A stretch of 63,239 nt of DNA, filler included, from Hausera hauseri (Eukaryota): assembly GCA_046269625.1 (NCBI GenBank). It is 12 parts of 12 records of this genome, joined end to end, with 100 filler letters (N's around TTAATTAATTAA, not from the genome) between each part and the next. Parts side by side here need not be neighbours in the genome. Positions count along the whole stretch, not along the records: positions 39,445 to 46,701 come from JBJURY010027005.1; positions 46,802 to 52,705 come from JBJURY010171196.1; 10 more parts are not named here. The stretch is one strand, 5' to 3'. The notes under the pieces were generated by a model. That model was given only the letters and a program-made list of their open reading frames with translations. It searched no databases and was not told the DNA's origin. Within the stretch, counting starts at the first letter, position 1. Each line of letters opens with the position of its first letter. The translations under genes were made by a program, and so were the position numbers. Shown here in pieces: positions 39,445 to 52,022 of this stretch.

Positions 39445-42009
39445 TTCTTGATTTCATCTAGGGATGGAGGGAATGTGATACACTGAAAGTCGTAGTTGTG
39501 TTGGAGATCATTATATAGCCACATTCGCTCTGCTGCATGTTTTTGATCCCGTACGAGTTTACATAAAATCACATACATGCAGCACTTGTTGTCATCATTA
39601 AGGATATTGACACATGCTTTTTATTAACGATCTATTCCGGAAGCTGTATATATGAACTGCCTCGCATCGAGGAGTATCTGTATACATATATAAGCAGTCT
39701 TTTGATGGTTGCCAGAGTCCATCCACTATTCTTATCCTGGCTCTCATCGGCTTCACGGATCAGCTTCGTATGCTCTTCATGATGCCAATCAGCTATATTT
39801 GTGTTTTCAGTATAGGCCTATTTTTGGTCTTGAAGGTCCTGTTTGATTCTTTAGCATCGACATTGACGTATGCGGCCTCAAGTTTCATATTAACCTTAAG
39901 GGCCTTGAGCTCGGTCATATTGTCCTGGAGGATCACCTCTGTTTCTTCCTTTGCATATTCCAGGAACTCCTTGATAGTTCTTTTCCCAGCTGCATCAATG
40001 ACACATTTTCCGATTTTTTCTTTAATACAGCAGCATCAACTGGCCTTTATCTTTGGCTTTTTGGCGGAGCCGCTACGCCTGTTGAGCCTGAGGCATCTGA
40101 TGGACCTGGTGGGCATTTTACTCCTGAATCTCGATGTACTGATGCAGGCTGTACTGCAAGCTGTACTGCTGCATCTGGCTGTACTGCACGCTGTACTGCT
40201 GCATCTGGCTGTACTGCAGACTCTACAACTGGCCTATGCACATTATATATGATCTTCTTGGACTTTGATGCAAAGTAAGTCAAATGATGCTTGTGATCTT
40301 CATAGAACTGCATGCATTTGCCATCACATACAGTCTCACATCCTGGGTAAATATAATAGAGGATCCTATTGAATTTGTCGCCATAATAGCTCCTCATGGT
40401 ATTGTAACAGTTCTCAGGGTTATGTATTGTACATGTGCAATATACATATGAACTTCACCTTTGGTTTTCTTTTGGCATGAAAGACGTTGTTGACATATTG
40501 GTATAGAATATTTGTTTTTCGACTTCGCGAAGGAAATCAAGTGTCGTTTATGAACATTGTAGAATTCCTCGTACCCTGTCATGCACACAACCTCATACGT
40601 AGGGCATATATAATATTGAATGCTTTTGTACATATGTACAAAGTATTTCTTCATAATACTGTGGCAATTGTCCGGCTCATGGATTGGAGCCAAGCATTCT
40701 CGGTATAGTTTGCACATCTAAACAAGGCAATTATCTGATGAATATAAAATAAGAGAAGTTACCATTCTCTAAAGTGAATTTGGAAATAATGCAAAATGTG
40801 GCTATGTCAGTGGGCACTGTCTAATTTTGATAATTGATGCATTAAAACGAAACACATGTATCGAAATAATTTTGATGAAGTAAAACGAAACACATGTAAG
40901 GAAATATTTTTAATGTTGGAGTAAGTTGGGCACTGCATATTGTTGCCAATATGTTGTATTATCAACATAATGTATATTTGTTTTAATGCATCAAATGCAT
41001 GAACTTATCACGTACATATCGCTTGTCATGCGTTTGTTTTAATGCATTAAATGATTTAAATATCTGGCGGCGCCATATTCGAATAGGTTTTCGACCATGG
41101 GGATTCTAATGCCGTCATCGGATTCTTTGAATAATGCACGCTTCACTGATTATTCGAGTTCAAATCTATATTTCTTCGAGTTCGAATAATGTTCTCGTTC
41201 ATCTAATATTATATTCACATTCCACATACATGACTTCATATCCCGCCCCGCTATTACATTTATTGATTTCCGCTTCACTGCGCTTTAAATGCACATTTTG
41301 CTTATTTCGAAATATTGATTTTATGGCTACATAGTACATTTTCATGACATAATTTTTATGCACATAGGGGTTTTCATATATTCGGAATCGAGTACCAGTG
41401 TTACATTTTTCGAGTAGTTCGAACTTTGATATTTGAGCTCGAAAATCTTCGAATTTCGAATTTTCGACTCGAAATTCGAGTTCCGCATACTTGATTTCCT
41501 ATCCGTTCCCACTCAATGTTATCGAATTTTGCTTCCTTGGTACTTGAAAACATGGAAAATATAGCCCTTTTTCACTTTCGATCGATATTGAACGATAACT
41601 AATCAATAAACTTAAATTCTAACTGCACATTCATATATTACACCATGTTTCCTTTCGATTGCACCCGGTCACATGTCCCAATCATCCATTTTGGAAATAT
41701 TGGAAATCCAATATTATTGATTTCTGCACACTTGCACATGTGCGGCACACCTGCACTGTGCATCAATCTATGCGCACTAATGTGCACTATCGATTAGCAC
41801 CCTGTCCCGATCGATTCGATCAATACTGCACTGTGCAGCGATCGATTTGTCAAAAGCGCAAAAATGTGCATAGCAACGGTGTCTAGCAGCACAGTTGCTA
41901 GGCACTTTACCAATCAATAGTTCACAGTGCGCACTATCGACTGGCACATGTGCAATATCGATTCGCACACCTTCCGGGAGGCGGGACAGAACGGCCTTTA
42001 TACACTACT
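39445..42009 (-). mobile_element. Polinton left arm (copy 2): terminus AGTAGT at 42009, TIR/subterminal region, pPolB N-terminus (40765 down to 39445)
   Basis: Homologous to 17084-20208. SGWTL, GSSYIQLP, ACVNI.NDDNKC. It ends at ..TACACTACT. Confidence 0.88.
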
Positions 42010-42142
42010 AGCAAACTATGACCGATCGATCGAACCCGATTATGTTTAATTTCGATGAAAAAATTTTTTCTGTTTTTAAAACGATTTTCCACGTTTTCCA
42101 TCGTTGCTCCGTTCGGCAATGGGTTATTTTCATTCGAATACA

Positions 42143-42669
42143 ATTATCGAATAGCACGCGTCATGGGCTTTCTTTCCCTCTCCCACTTGACACTGGATTC
42201 CTTAATCAGTGCACAAATACATGGGTGTCTGTGACGTCATCGGTGCATTGTGCGCCATTCTTTTTGGCTTCATTCGGCTACTCACAGGCCCACTGTTATG
42301 AGACCATTAACCATTGTTCGATAACGTTTTCCACTTCCTCATAAACCATATGCAGGTTCTGGATCACTTTTTTGCCCTAGCCTCGTGCTTCTGCGCGGCA
42401 TCCGATCGACTTCGTTCCTTCCGCATTCGATGCTCCATTGCTGTCCCATCGTTTCTATGTGTCACACATGACCGTGCACTACTTCCTTCTAACATCCGCA
42501 TTTCATCGTGCACTTCCCCTGCTTCCGGGGTGCACTGTAAACCTTTTCGAGTGTGATTTTCGAAATCTCCGTCACCGATTCTACAAAGCCGGTGCCTGTG
42601 TGCTCATCAAGCATGCTTCGCATTGGCTGCATGTCGGGGGTGATCCAGAACCAGTATTTCTATACTACT
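42143..42669. repeat. TIR of a second Polinton-type family (about 527 nt, ends ACTACT)
   Basis: Co-linear with 53043-53571, and its end matches 57949-58069. It abuts the Gypsy protease at CACGTG. Confidence 0.75.
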
Positions 42670-45600
42670 CACGTGGCTAATATTAAATCACCAATATTTG
42701 GCTCAGATTTTTTGGCCGCAAACGACCTGCTAATTGACTGCAAGTGTGGCTGTTTGCTACATAGAGACTCCGTCGTAAATGTTAACAATTGTCTACCAGA
42801 CAGCTCAAAAGGCATTTCGTCTGAGAACTCATACGTTAATTTGGCAAATTTCTCGTCGGTTAATAACGATGCATTTATTAGTTTATCTAGTTTCTCAATT
42901 ACATCTCAAATATCAAAGTCGATTTTAAAACAATCGGTTAAACCGAATGTTGATTTCGGCGATATCGTTTGTTTTTCGCCAATCACAGTCACCGCCTCCT
43001 CTGATAATATGCCTCAATCATTTTTATCACTAGATTCCAATCTCAAATCCTACATCATTTCTTCTTGTTCTCACATATTCAAAAAGGACTCTAGTTTTAA
43101 GCTCCATCAACAACTTATTACCATATCGTCATCCAACACCAAAGACCTATCAGACAAAAGGTGAGACCATTATCTCCTCGTAGACGAAAAGCCGTGGAAT
43201 TAGAGTTTAACGAATTCGATAAATTTGGTATCATTTGGAGGTCAAAATCACCATGGGTTTCACCATTACATGTAGTAGCAAAAAAGACGGTACTTTTCGA
43301 CCATGTGGCGACTACCGTCAAATAAACAATCTAGCAATCATGGACGATGCCCATTACCGCTACATAAAGGACATCCTGCACAGCCTTAACAACACCAATA
43401 CCTATTCCACAATAGATCTAAACAAAGTCTACCATCAAATTCTTGTCGCACCCGATGACATTCCATAGATAGCTGTTATCACTCCATTTGGCTTTTACGA
43501 ATACATCTTTATGCCATTTGGTTTACGTAACACAGCCCAAAACTTTCAACACTACATCGACACCGTCCTCTCAGGTTTTGATTTTGCTCATCCATACATT
43601 GATGACATATTAGTTGCGTCCAACTCCGTCAAACAATACCATGAACATCTCCGATTTATTTTTCACAGATTACATCATAGCAACTTGTAAGTTAACTTCT
43701 CCAAGTGCAAGTTCTTTCAGAAACAGATCAATTTTTTAGGACACATAATCACTCCTCACTGCCACTCTCCACAATCTGATCGACTACAACAATTGAAAAA
43801 TATAATACTACCAACAACCACTATAGATATGAGAAGTTTTCTTGGCACACTACATTTCGTTCTTAAATACATACTGTATTGCTCTGAGCTTACAGCACCT
43901 TTCGCACACCTGTCATCTGGAAATAAAAGACAGTTAATCCACTGGACTCCCAATTTAGTCACCAAATTCGATCACTCACGTGAAGGCCTAAAAACCGTCG
44001 AAATACTGGCCTACCCAAAACCTGACGCGGAGCTGATACTTACCACCGATGCCTGTACCATAGCTACTGGTGCAATACTACACCAGATTTCGAACGGTGA
44101 CGATGAACCTTTAGAATTTTACTTTCAAAACTCACAACCAGAAAGCCGATATTCAACATTTGATCGTGAGCTACTAGCCATAGTTCAGGCAGTAAAACAT
44201 TTCAAACATCCCCTCCTCTCTCATCCATTTATCATCCAAACGGATCACAAGCCTCTGTTGCACATCATGCACTAAAACAGCCATCACCGTGGCAGAAACG
44301 ACAGATATCGTACCTATCTACATTTAGTTTTGTCATAAAGTATATTTCAGATACTGAGAATTTGGTCACGGATTTCCTGTCGCGGTCGATCGGTTCAATT
44401 ACGGTTGAACCAATATTTTCTACCGAAATTTTAAAGCTCAATCAGCCGTCTACTGATACTCTCAGCTCTTTCAAATCCTTGGAAATCATTGATTGTATTG
44501 CATACGACACAACTAATCCCGGTAATAAAAAATTATTCTTGCTCTTTCTTTGCAGAAACCAGCATTCCTTCACACGCATTCATTTCATCATGCAGGTTCG
44601 AAAGCCACGTTTCGCTTTCTCCAACGTCATGTAGTTTGGCCATCAATGCTCACAGATGTACAGGGCTGGGTTAAGGAATGTGTAGCCTGACAAAAATCGA
44701 AAGTCAACAAACATCTTAAACCGCCGCTTTACCATTTCTCCTGTACGTCACGTTTTTATACCACCCATCTTGATCTCGTTGGGCCCTTATCTTCTGACAA
44801 CAGGTATCAACATATTCTCACTATGACGGAATGTGCTTCTCGATGGCCTGAAGCCGTTCCTCTCAGCTCAACAAACACTGATTCTGTAGCAGATGCCTTC
44901 ATTAAAATCTGAATCAGTCGTTTTGGATACCCACTGCACATCATAACGGACCAAGGTCTGCAGTTCGAATCGGAACTCTTTAAATCGCTTGGTAAACGCT
45001 TGGGGGTATCACATTTCCATACAACGCCGTACCATTTACAATCAAATTGCCTTCTTGAAAAGTTCCATCGAACAATGAAAATTTCTTTAAAAATCTTAGC
45101 ACACAATCATCGCAATTGGACGTCCATCCTACCATTTGTTCTACTCGGTTGGCGCAACACCGTTTCCACCACCACGGGTTGTGCTCCAGCTGAGGCACTT
45201 TTTGATACTCCAATACGGGCTCTGTTCGAACTTTCCGAACTCGGCGACAATCCGACAGACGAAAACATTCGTGCGGCACAATCTCACTTCGTCGAGGGCA
45301 GCTCAGACTTGTTCTGCTGCTTATTCAACAATAACAAATCGTACATTCCGAAGGATTTTTATTCAGCCAAGTTTTATTGCTGAAGGATCAATCACCTTCG
45401 GGTTTTCAACCTCAGTATGTTGGCCCATACAAACTCCTTCACCTCTTATCTCATACAGCCACCATCTTACGCCAAGACAACCCCTATAACGTCCATATTT
45501 CGAATCTTAAGCCCACTTTCTTTGTTGACGACAAACCAGATGCCGATTCTACTTCCAACCCTAACTCAACTCTCACTCCTCCCATTCCTTCCTCAAACTT

Positions 45601-46300
45601 TCTCCACGATTTCGCTCCGTTGCAGCAACTACTTTCTCCCACACTAAATCATCCTCATCTTCCGCACCGCTTACTGTACCTACATCGCTTATTCCGTTTT
45701 CTCCGCCCGCCTCTTTTCCTTCTCTTTCATCATCTCCACCGCCTTCAGTTTTTTCGACTCTCTTACTTGATTTTTTCTCCTCACCATCTTCAACATCTTC
45801 ACCACAAGCAACACAGCACAGTGAGTCAGAAAACCTTATAAAACGTCTACCATAAAATATCGTTCAACAGCCAAGCACAAATCAATCAAATAAGGCATTC
45901 AGAGTGACATTTAGTACCTATGGCAGGGAAATATCCGTAGACGGAATTCAATGCCTCATACACACCAAAACCCAATAGGCACTAAACGTTTTTCTTGCAT
46001 TTTGTATCTTTCTGTTTTGCATTACAGTTTATTTTCTGCCACGGAAGGAGGGTGACGTAGTTCCAAGGTTTAGAACATGGCTTTCCATTTTTGGCAATCG
46101 GGTCACCGTTCGGTGCAGCTAGGCCGGCAAGGTTTTCGTCCTGCCTTTTTACATTTTGGCCTGTGTTTGTTTGGCAGCCGAACAGTTTATATCAGTGTCA
46201 AATAAAATCAATATTCTTATTTGGTTGTTTATCAGGCTACCAATTATTCTATCTTTTAATTCTGACTGTTTGTTTCATAATCGTCGTTGAAAAGCCTGCA
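42670..46300 (+). mobile_element. Decayed CsRn1-like Gypsy copy C (protease end, RT, RNase H, integrase, PPT, LTR from about 46056)
   Basis: RPCGDYR, IDLNKVYHQI, MPFGLRN, YIDDILVAS, TTDAC, YSTFDRELLAI, HLDLVGPL, TDQGLQFES, YVGPY. Confidence 0.92.
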
Positions 46301-46801
46301 TTAAAGTTGGAAGTTATGAATGGCAATACAAGCCCAACTAAAGCATGTCGAGCACATAAAAATACCCACTGAATTCATCGGTTTTGCATAGTCCTGCAAA
46401 AAATCAAAATACGTAAGCTAAATTAAATTTCGTAAAATTTCTGGATTTTTACGGGAAGGGTTTGACATGTGTCATTAACACGATTTCATTACCACAATAC
46501 CTTAATGCTCATCGCCAATTACCGATCTGATGTAAAACATATCTCAACAACATTACTTTAGAACGAATTACTTTCCAATTCGGAACTTAGTCTAAAATAT
46601 TGTAGATATCATGATGAATCTCGTAGTTCAATTAAATCGTAGTAAAAATGCCGAATACATCAAATGCAAAATTTGCCTCGAAGATTATCAAACAAGAATA
46701 ANNNNNNNNNNNNNNNNNNNNNNNNNNNNNNNNNNNNNNNNNNNNTTAATTAATTAANNNNNNNNNNNNNNNNNNNNNNNNNNNNNNNNNNNNNNNNNNN
46801 N

Positions 46802-49015
46802 GGCGGGTATTTTAAAACCCTACCCCGGCTGGGCGATGACGTGGACGGTGTGGAAGTGCACGCAGCCAACACAGCAAATCAATAATCTTGCTGATATTCT
46901 AACTTCTTCATCACCATACGACATGCTTTACCAATCTGAGTTCCATATTACAGATTCATCGGTCGACAATATAATACAAAAGTACATTAACGAGCATGCT
47001 ATAGGCAATCAAAAGCCTTCTGACTTTCTGTACACCTCTATTTCACAACTAAGTGCTCTTGGAGTTACCTCCACCAACAATGCAGACCTGCTTCGTCGTT
47101 ATTTCCTCGCCTCTTTACCCACTCCCATTAGTGCACTACTTACTGTCGTTGAGGACTCAATGGCCATTGAAAAACGCGCCTTAACGGCTGATAAAAATTT
47201 TGAGATTCTTCAATCAAATAATACATAGCCTATAGCTGCAGATACCATTTTATTTTCAAAACAACTGCAAATGATGCAGAAACAATTCGACACACTGCAA
47301 CAATCAGTTTCTGCGATTACAGCCCAACTTAGTGATTTATCTCTGCCTCGACGAAGTGAGATCCGTGTTTCGCGCGATCGTAGCATTTCCAGGCATTCCT
47401 TTCGACCAAAATCTCGAGATTGAAGAATGATTTGCTTTTATCATAATAAATTCCGCAGCGACACAAGGAAGTGGCTTTTTGGCTGCCGATTTCACGACAA
47501 ACATTATGCAGTAGGCAGCCCAATCTGCATTTATCACATAAAATATCAATCTCATGCTAAGTCATGTGTGCCAGGATGCAAACATTATAAAAAATTTACA
47601 GTTTTTCTCCATCTTCTTCTCCGCCTCGCTCTTTTCTTCAATACTGTTTGTTTTCGCAACAAGGCTCAAAAAACTAACAACGCCGCGAGATGCTAAGGCA
47701 CATTCTTGTATATGCAATACCGCTCAACCTTCTGGCCGTCTGAACACCGCCTCTGCAGTTTTCCTGTTAAAAGCCGCATTGCTCCCGAGCAGTGTTTCAC
47801 ATATCGACTTCCTTATCGATTCAGGAGCTGCTTTTTTGCTCTTTCCCTTGTCCTTCACTTCTACATCCACTATAGTTTCCTCTCCACCGCTCTTCACTTC
47901 CAGTGGTGAACCGTTGTACATCGCAAAAACCACGGAATTGATTTTCACATTCACCAACTTGCTAGATATGTTTGTCTGGAAATTCCACGTGGCCAATATT
48001 AAATCTCCCATAATTGGCTCAGATTTTCTGGCCGCACATGATCTGCTAGTTGACTGCGATCATCGCTGTCTGCTGCGCAGATACTCCGTCGTGGATGCCA
48101 ACAAATATCTCCCAAACAGAACAGTAGAAACTCCATTGTTTTTGGCTGTTAACTCACGTGTGAATTTGAAAACTTGTTCGTCGGCTAACAACGGTGCATT
48201 TAGTAATTTATCCGTTTCTTCCATTACATCTAACGTATCTAAGTCGGTTTTAAAACAACCAAGTAAACGGAATGTTGATGGTGGCAGTTGCGGTTATTAT
48301 TCGCACATACCATCCACTATCTCGTCTGTTGATATGCCTCAATAATCCTCATCACTGGATTCCAATCTCAAATCCTATATCACAACCTCTTGCTTCCGCA
48401 TCGTCAAAAAAGGACGTCAATTTTAAGCCACCTTCCACAACTTATCATCATATAGTCAGCGAACACCAAAGCCCTATCAGACAAAAGGTCTGACCACTAT
48501 CACATCGTAGACAAAAAGCCGTTGAATTAGAGTTCAGTGAACTCGAAAAATCTGGTATTATTAGAAGATCAAAATCACCATGCGTTTCATCATTGCATGT
48601 AGTAATAAAGAAAGATGGCACTTGCATACCATGTGGTGACTATCGGCAGTTAAACAATCTAACATCCCTGGATGCTTACCCTTTACCTCTCATAAAGGAC
48701 ATCCTGCACTGAGCCAGATAATCTCACAAAACGTCTACCACAGAATGTCGCCAAACAGTCAAACACAAATCAATCAATCAGGGCACGCAGTGACATTTAG
48801 CACCTACAGAAAGGAAAAGTTCTTTAATGGTACACAACGCTTGGTACATACCAAAACCGAATAGGCACTAAACATTGTTTCTTTTTTGTGATTTATTGTT
48901 TTCATCTTCATAATTTTATCATTCCTTTTACCTTTACATAGATTCTCTTCTGCCACAGAGGGTGATGTGGTGTCTCGATCGCGGGCACACCTCGTGTCCT
49001 CACCAAGATACTGGA
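46802..49015 (+). mobile_element. CsRn1-like copy D: LTR fragment, gag with tandem CHCC motifs, -1 slippery site, protease, RT start; internally deleted up to the 3' UTR, PPT and LTR (TG at 48966)
   Basis: IGNQKPSDFL..FLASLP; CFYH..F..(W)..GC and CIYH..Y..AKSCVPGC; A AAA AAC TAA at 47668-47677; FLIDSGA; 48710-48965 matches 45820-46055. Confidence 0.88.
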
Positions 49016-49029
49016 TCGAGTCAACAAAG

Positions 49030-49651
49030 GCATAAGTCAAACTTCGTTGATTTGCGCACAGGTTTTAAATACAAGAATAGAGCCAAAAATCAGAAGTCTT
49101 TTCATTGATGTTCTCGACAATGAAATAAAAATTTGTACATAATTGAGTCACACAGTCCCATTCTCAAATTTTGGGTTCATATTATTTCCAATAAAGATTT
49201 TTTATTCGATATACCTCTTTCTAAACATAAACCGGTTTTGGAATGTATGAAATGTATTGGACGGGTTTCTAATGGATGTCTGTTTAAACCATGAAAATAA
49301 TTTTGTTTGGCTCACACAGCTCTTTCATGATGTAATCGAGACGTATCTACTGAAAATCGCGACGTGTTACGAGAGTATTAAAATACACCTAGCAGTGAAT
49401 TTCATACTCATTATGACTCAGCGTTGAACACAGAAGGTATCAACATCAGTCTAGCCCTTGTGTTGTTGTACCACAAGTACATAAAATTCTCTCAGACTCA
49501 ATTTATCGAATCCATTAAACATTCCAATAATTCACTCAAAAACAGAATGAATGGATCAACATTTTACGAGAGGTCAACGATTTGTATACACCAGAATGTT
49601 ACTTTTCAGAAGAAAATGGAAAAACTGCAACGACTATTTGCTGAAAGATGA
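49030..49651 (+). pseudogene. Plexin cytoplasmic (GAP) C-terminal fragment
   Basis: SHSPILKFWVHIISNKDFLFDI..FLMDVC resembles SNSLPLRFWVN.IKNP.FVFDI..FMDSC. The later NISLALVLLYHKYI resembles the plexin terminal helix. Confidence 0.62.
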
Positions 49652-49762
49652 AGCCTTTTGTTTACTTGTTTTAGGCAACTTTTGAATGTTAAAAAAATCA
49701 ATAAATAGATACTTATTGTTTTTAACAGTTGTTGATAAACTCTTACAATGCTGGATTTAAAT

Positions 49763-49785
49763 TGGTGTCAGAAGTGGGATTCGAA
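49763..49785 (+). promoter_or_regulatory. Retrotransposon primer-binding site complementary to the tRNA-Leu 3' end
   Basis: TGGTGTCAGAAGTGGGATTCGAA includes the complement of CCA. No tRNA body follows. Confidence 0.85.
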
Positions 49786-49879
49786 GGAATTTATGAAACG
49801 TTGCCTAAGAAAATTTCCGTCAATTGCTGATGATCGAAGTATTTATCGCAGAGCAAAATTCATGGAGGATTTGGAATTA

Positions 49880-52022
49880 ATTGTTCGCAACAGTTATTTT
49901 GTTGGTGGTATTGGAAATAAGTACATTAGTGAATACAAATCTATCAGTAAAACAGACATACCAAAATATAATTACTATGATATATTGGGGAACAAATGTG
50001 TCAATGAGATTGAAAGTCAACGAAAAGACAAATCAAAACCAAAAGGTAAAAAAATGCACACTGAAAAGTCGGAAAGATATTATAAGTTGCTAAAAAAACA
50101 AAAGGATGACAAGGAACACGTGTTTGTTCGTCGTTGTGAATGCGGGACTCATTGTGTCTGTCATTAGTCGTTTATTCCAGTTTCTTTTGACATGGAAACG
50201 ACCGGCATAAGGACAAATCTTCCAGATGATGATGACATTATATATATCGAGTAGCGCAGTTAAATGAAATGGTGAACAATGATCCACATAACATTGATGC
50301 ATGGATTGAACTTATCAATTTACAAGACGAAGGAAGCACCATTGGATTCGTCAAGAATTCATGTCTGACAAGTATTTTAATCGATAAGAAACTGCTTATC
50401 ATGGACAACGCAACTTCGAAGAATCTAAATAACCTACTGTTACATTTGTTGAGAATGGAATTGGGTGACAAAATATGGAGTCCTGAAAAACCGCAACGGG
50501 GATGGAGTGAACTGATATTTATCCACAACACAAACATCAACATCTGGCAGTATTATATAGCGCAATCATGTCAAATGTCAACAGGTTTCGGTGTTGAAAA
50601 GGTTATCAGTGCGTACCACAATTGTTTCAGTGCATTTTTCAACATTCTCTTCGGTCGAAATAGAACAAAACCAGTGGGTCCAAATACGATTTTCGAACTA
50701 TGTGACATGTTTGCTGATTACTGTGACTTTCTTGTCAGTTCTGGTTATCCAGAACGAGCGACTGGTTGTGGCAAGCAAATATCGAGTTCAACGCACTTGC
50801 TCTGTCACATGCCCGTCTACAAACGTCGAGTAATGTTCTAGATGATCCGATGTTACAATCATTTCAACGGTTTTGGAACAGTAGACAAGAAGATACGTTT
50901 GGTGGGCGATATACAACGGAATCTACATGTGTTGCGACTTCACGTGATTTGGTCGAGCGTTTCTCCAATGATACTGAACGGTCTTTAATAAATGTGCCGG
51001 AAATAACAGAAGCGGAAATGTGGTTTCGATTAGGACAAACACGGTATGGTTCGTATTGGCTACCACTGTTGGCCGTTCCATCAGACGTAGAAGATCCGAA
51101 TCGGTGTGTTCCATTTAGTGCAATTCAACCGAGCCTTTTAACATTGCACGCACCTTGTAATCTCACTGCAAATTGCAATTCAACAAATGTCAGTCTTCAG
51201 GCGAAAAAGCGATTGTTGTTACTGTTTTTTGACTATTTCGATGTTACAAATGTCCGTTTGTCTTCACGATTTGGATTACCAGTAAATAGAATACGCCTTC
51301 AACAATTGGATCATTTATCCGATGTACGTAATCTTCTAATACCCATTCATCGACAACGTCAGTTTTTACCGGAATTCATTCATACTTGTCTGCAACAGTT
51401 ACGCGTGGTATTAGACGATAATTGGCGAGAAGCTGTGTCTGTACTGGAGCTATCATATCATTTTCGCATGAACCAGATGGCTGATACATGGAAACAGGCT
51501 TTGGCTGCTGTCAAACAAACTGCCAAAACAGTACTTGCACCACAAAGTGACAATCGAGTACTGTGGTTGACATACGCCGAATTATTGTTGCAACTTACAG
51601 ATCAGCCGCTTTTCACACAGTCCGATAAGGCTGTAGATTGGTTGTTTAAAGAGGCTTCGAAGGTTCTTGATGGATTATCTCAGCAAATTAACAGTGGTGA
51701 CTTGTCATTAGAACAAATTCTGCGTATTTTAAATCATTCTATCTGTCTAAAAATCAAACAGAACCCCACCAATGGCTCACAATCCATACTTGAAGGTATT
51801 TTAAAGAAAGTGTCATTGGCCGCAAACGTTCTATGTAAAAAATTTGCATTGCCTATACTGCGAATTTATTCGGCCACAATGGTATCAGATTGTCTGAATG
51901 ACATTATTCGTGAGATCGAAAGTCATTCACCCATAGATAATTACTGGCATTTGGCAGTCTTATTTGGTGGTTTGTCTCGATTACTGCAGTCGGATGTTGA
52001 GGTAAAGAGTGTTTTTCGTTAA
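49880..52022 (+). pseudogene. NRDE2: NRDE2 homologue, intronless, with stops and frameshifts
   Basis: EYKSISKTDIPKY..ERYY..SFIPV, DPHNIDAWIELINLQD, KKLLIMDNA, INIWQYYI, SGYPERA..WQANIEF, FQRFWNS, WLP..EDPNRCV.F. Confidence 0.85.

Noticed and set aside
42018-42680. Short ORFs in the TIR repeats (also 17151-17798, 41659-42143, 53194-53649)
   Set aside because: Frames are not conserved between homologous copies and there are no protein motifs.
49763-49785. tRNA-Leu gene
   Set aside because: Only the 3' 23 nt including CCA are present, with no cloverleaf. This is a PBS.
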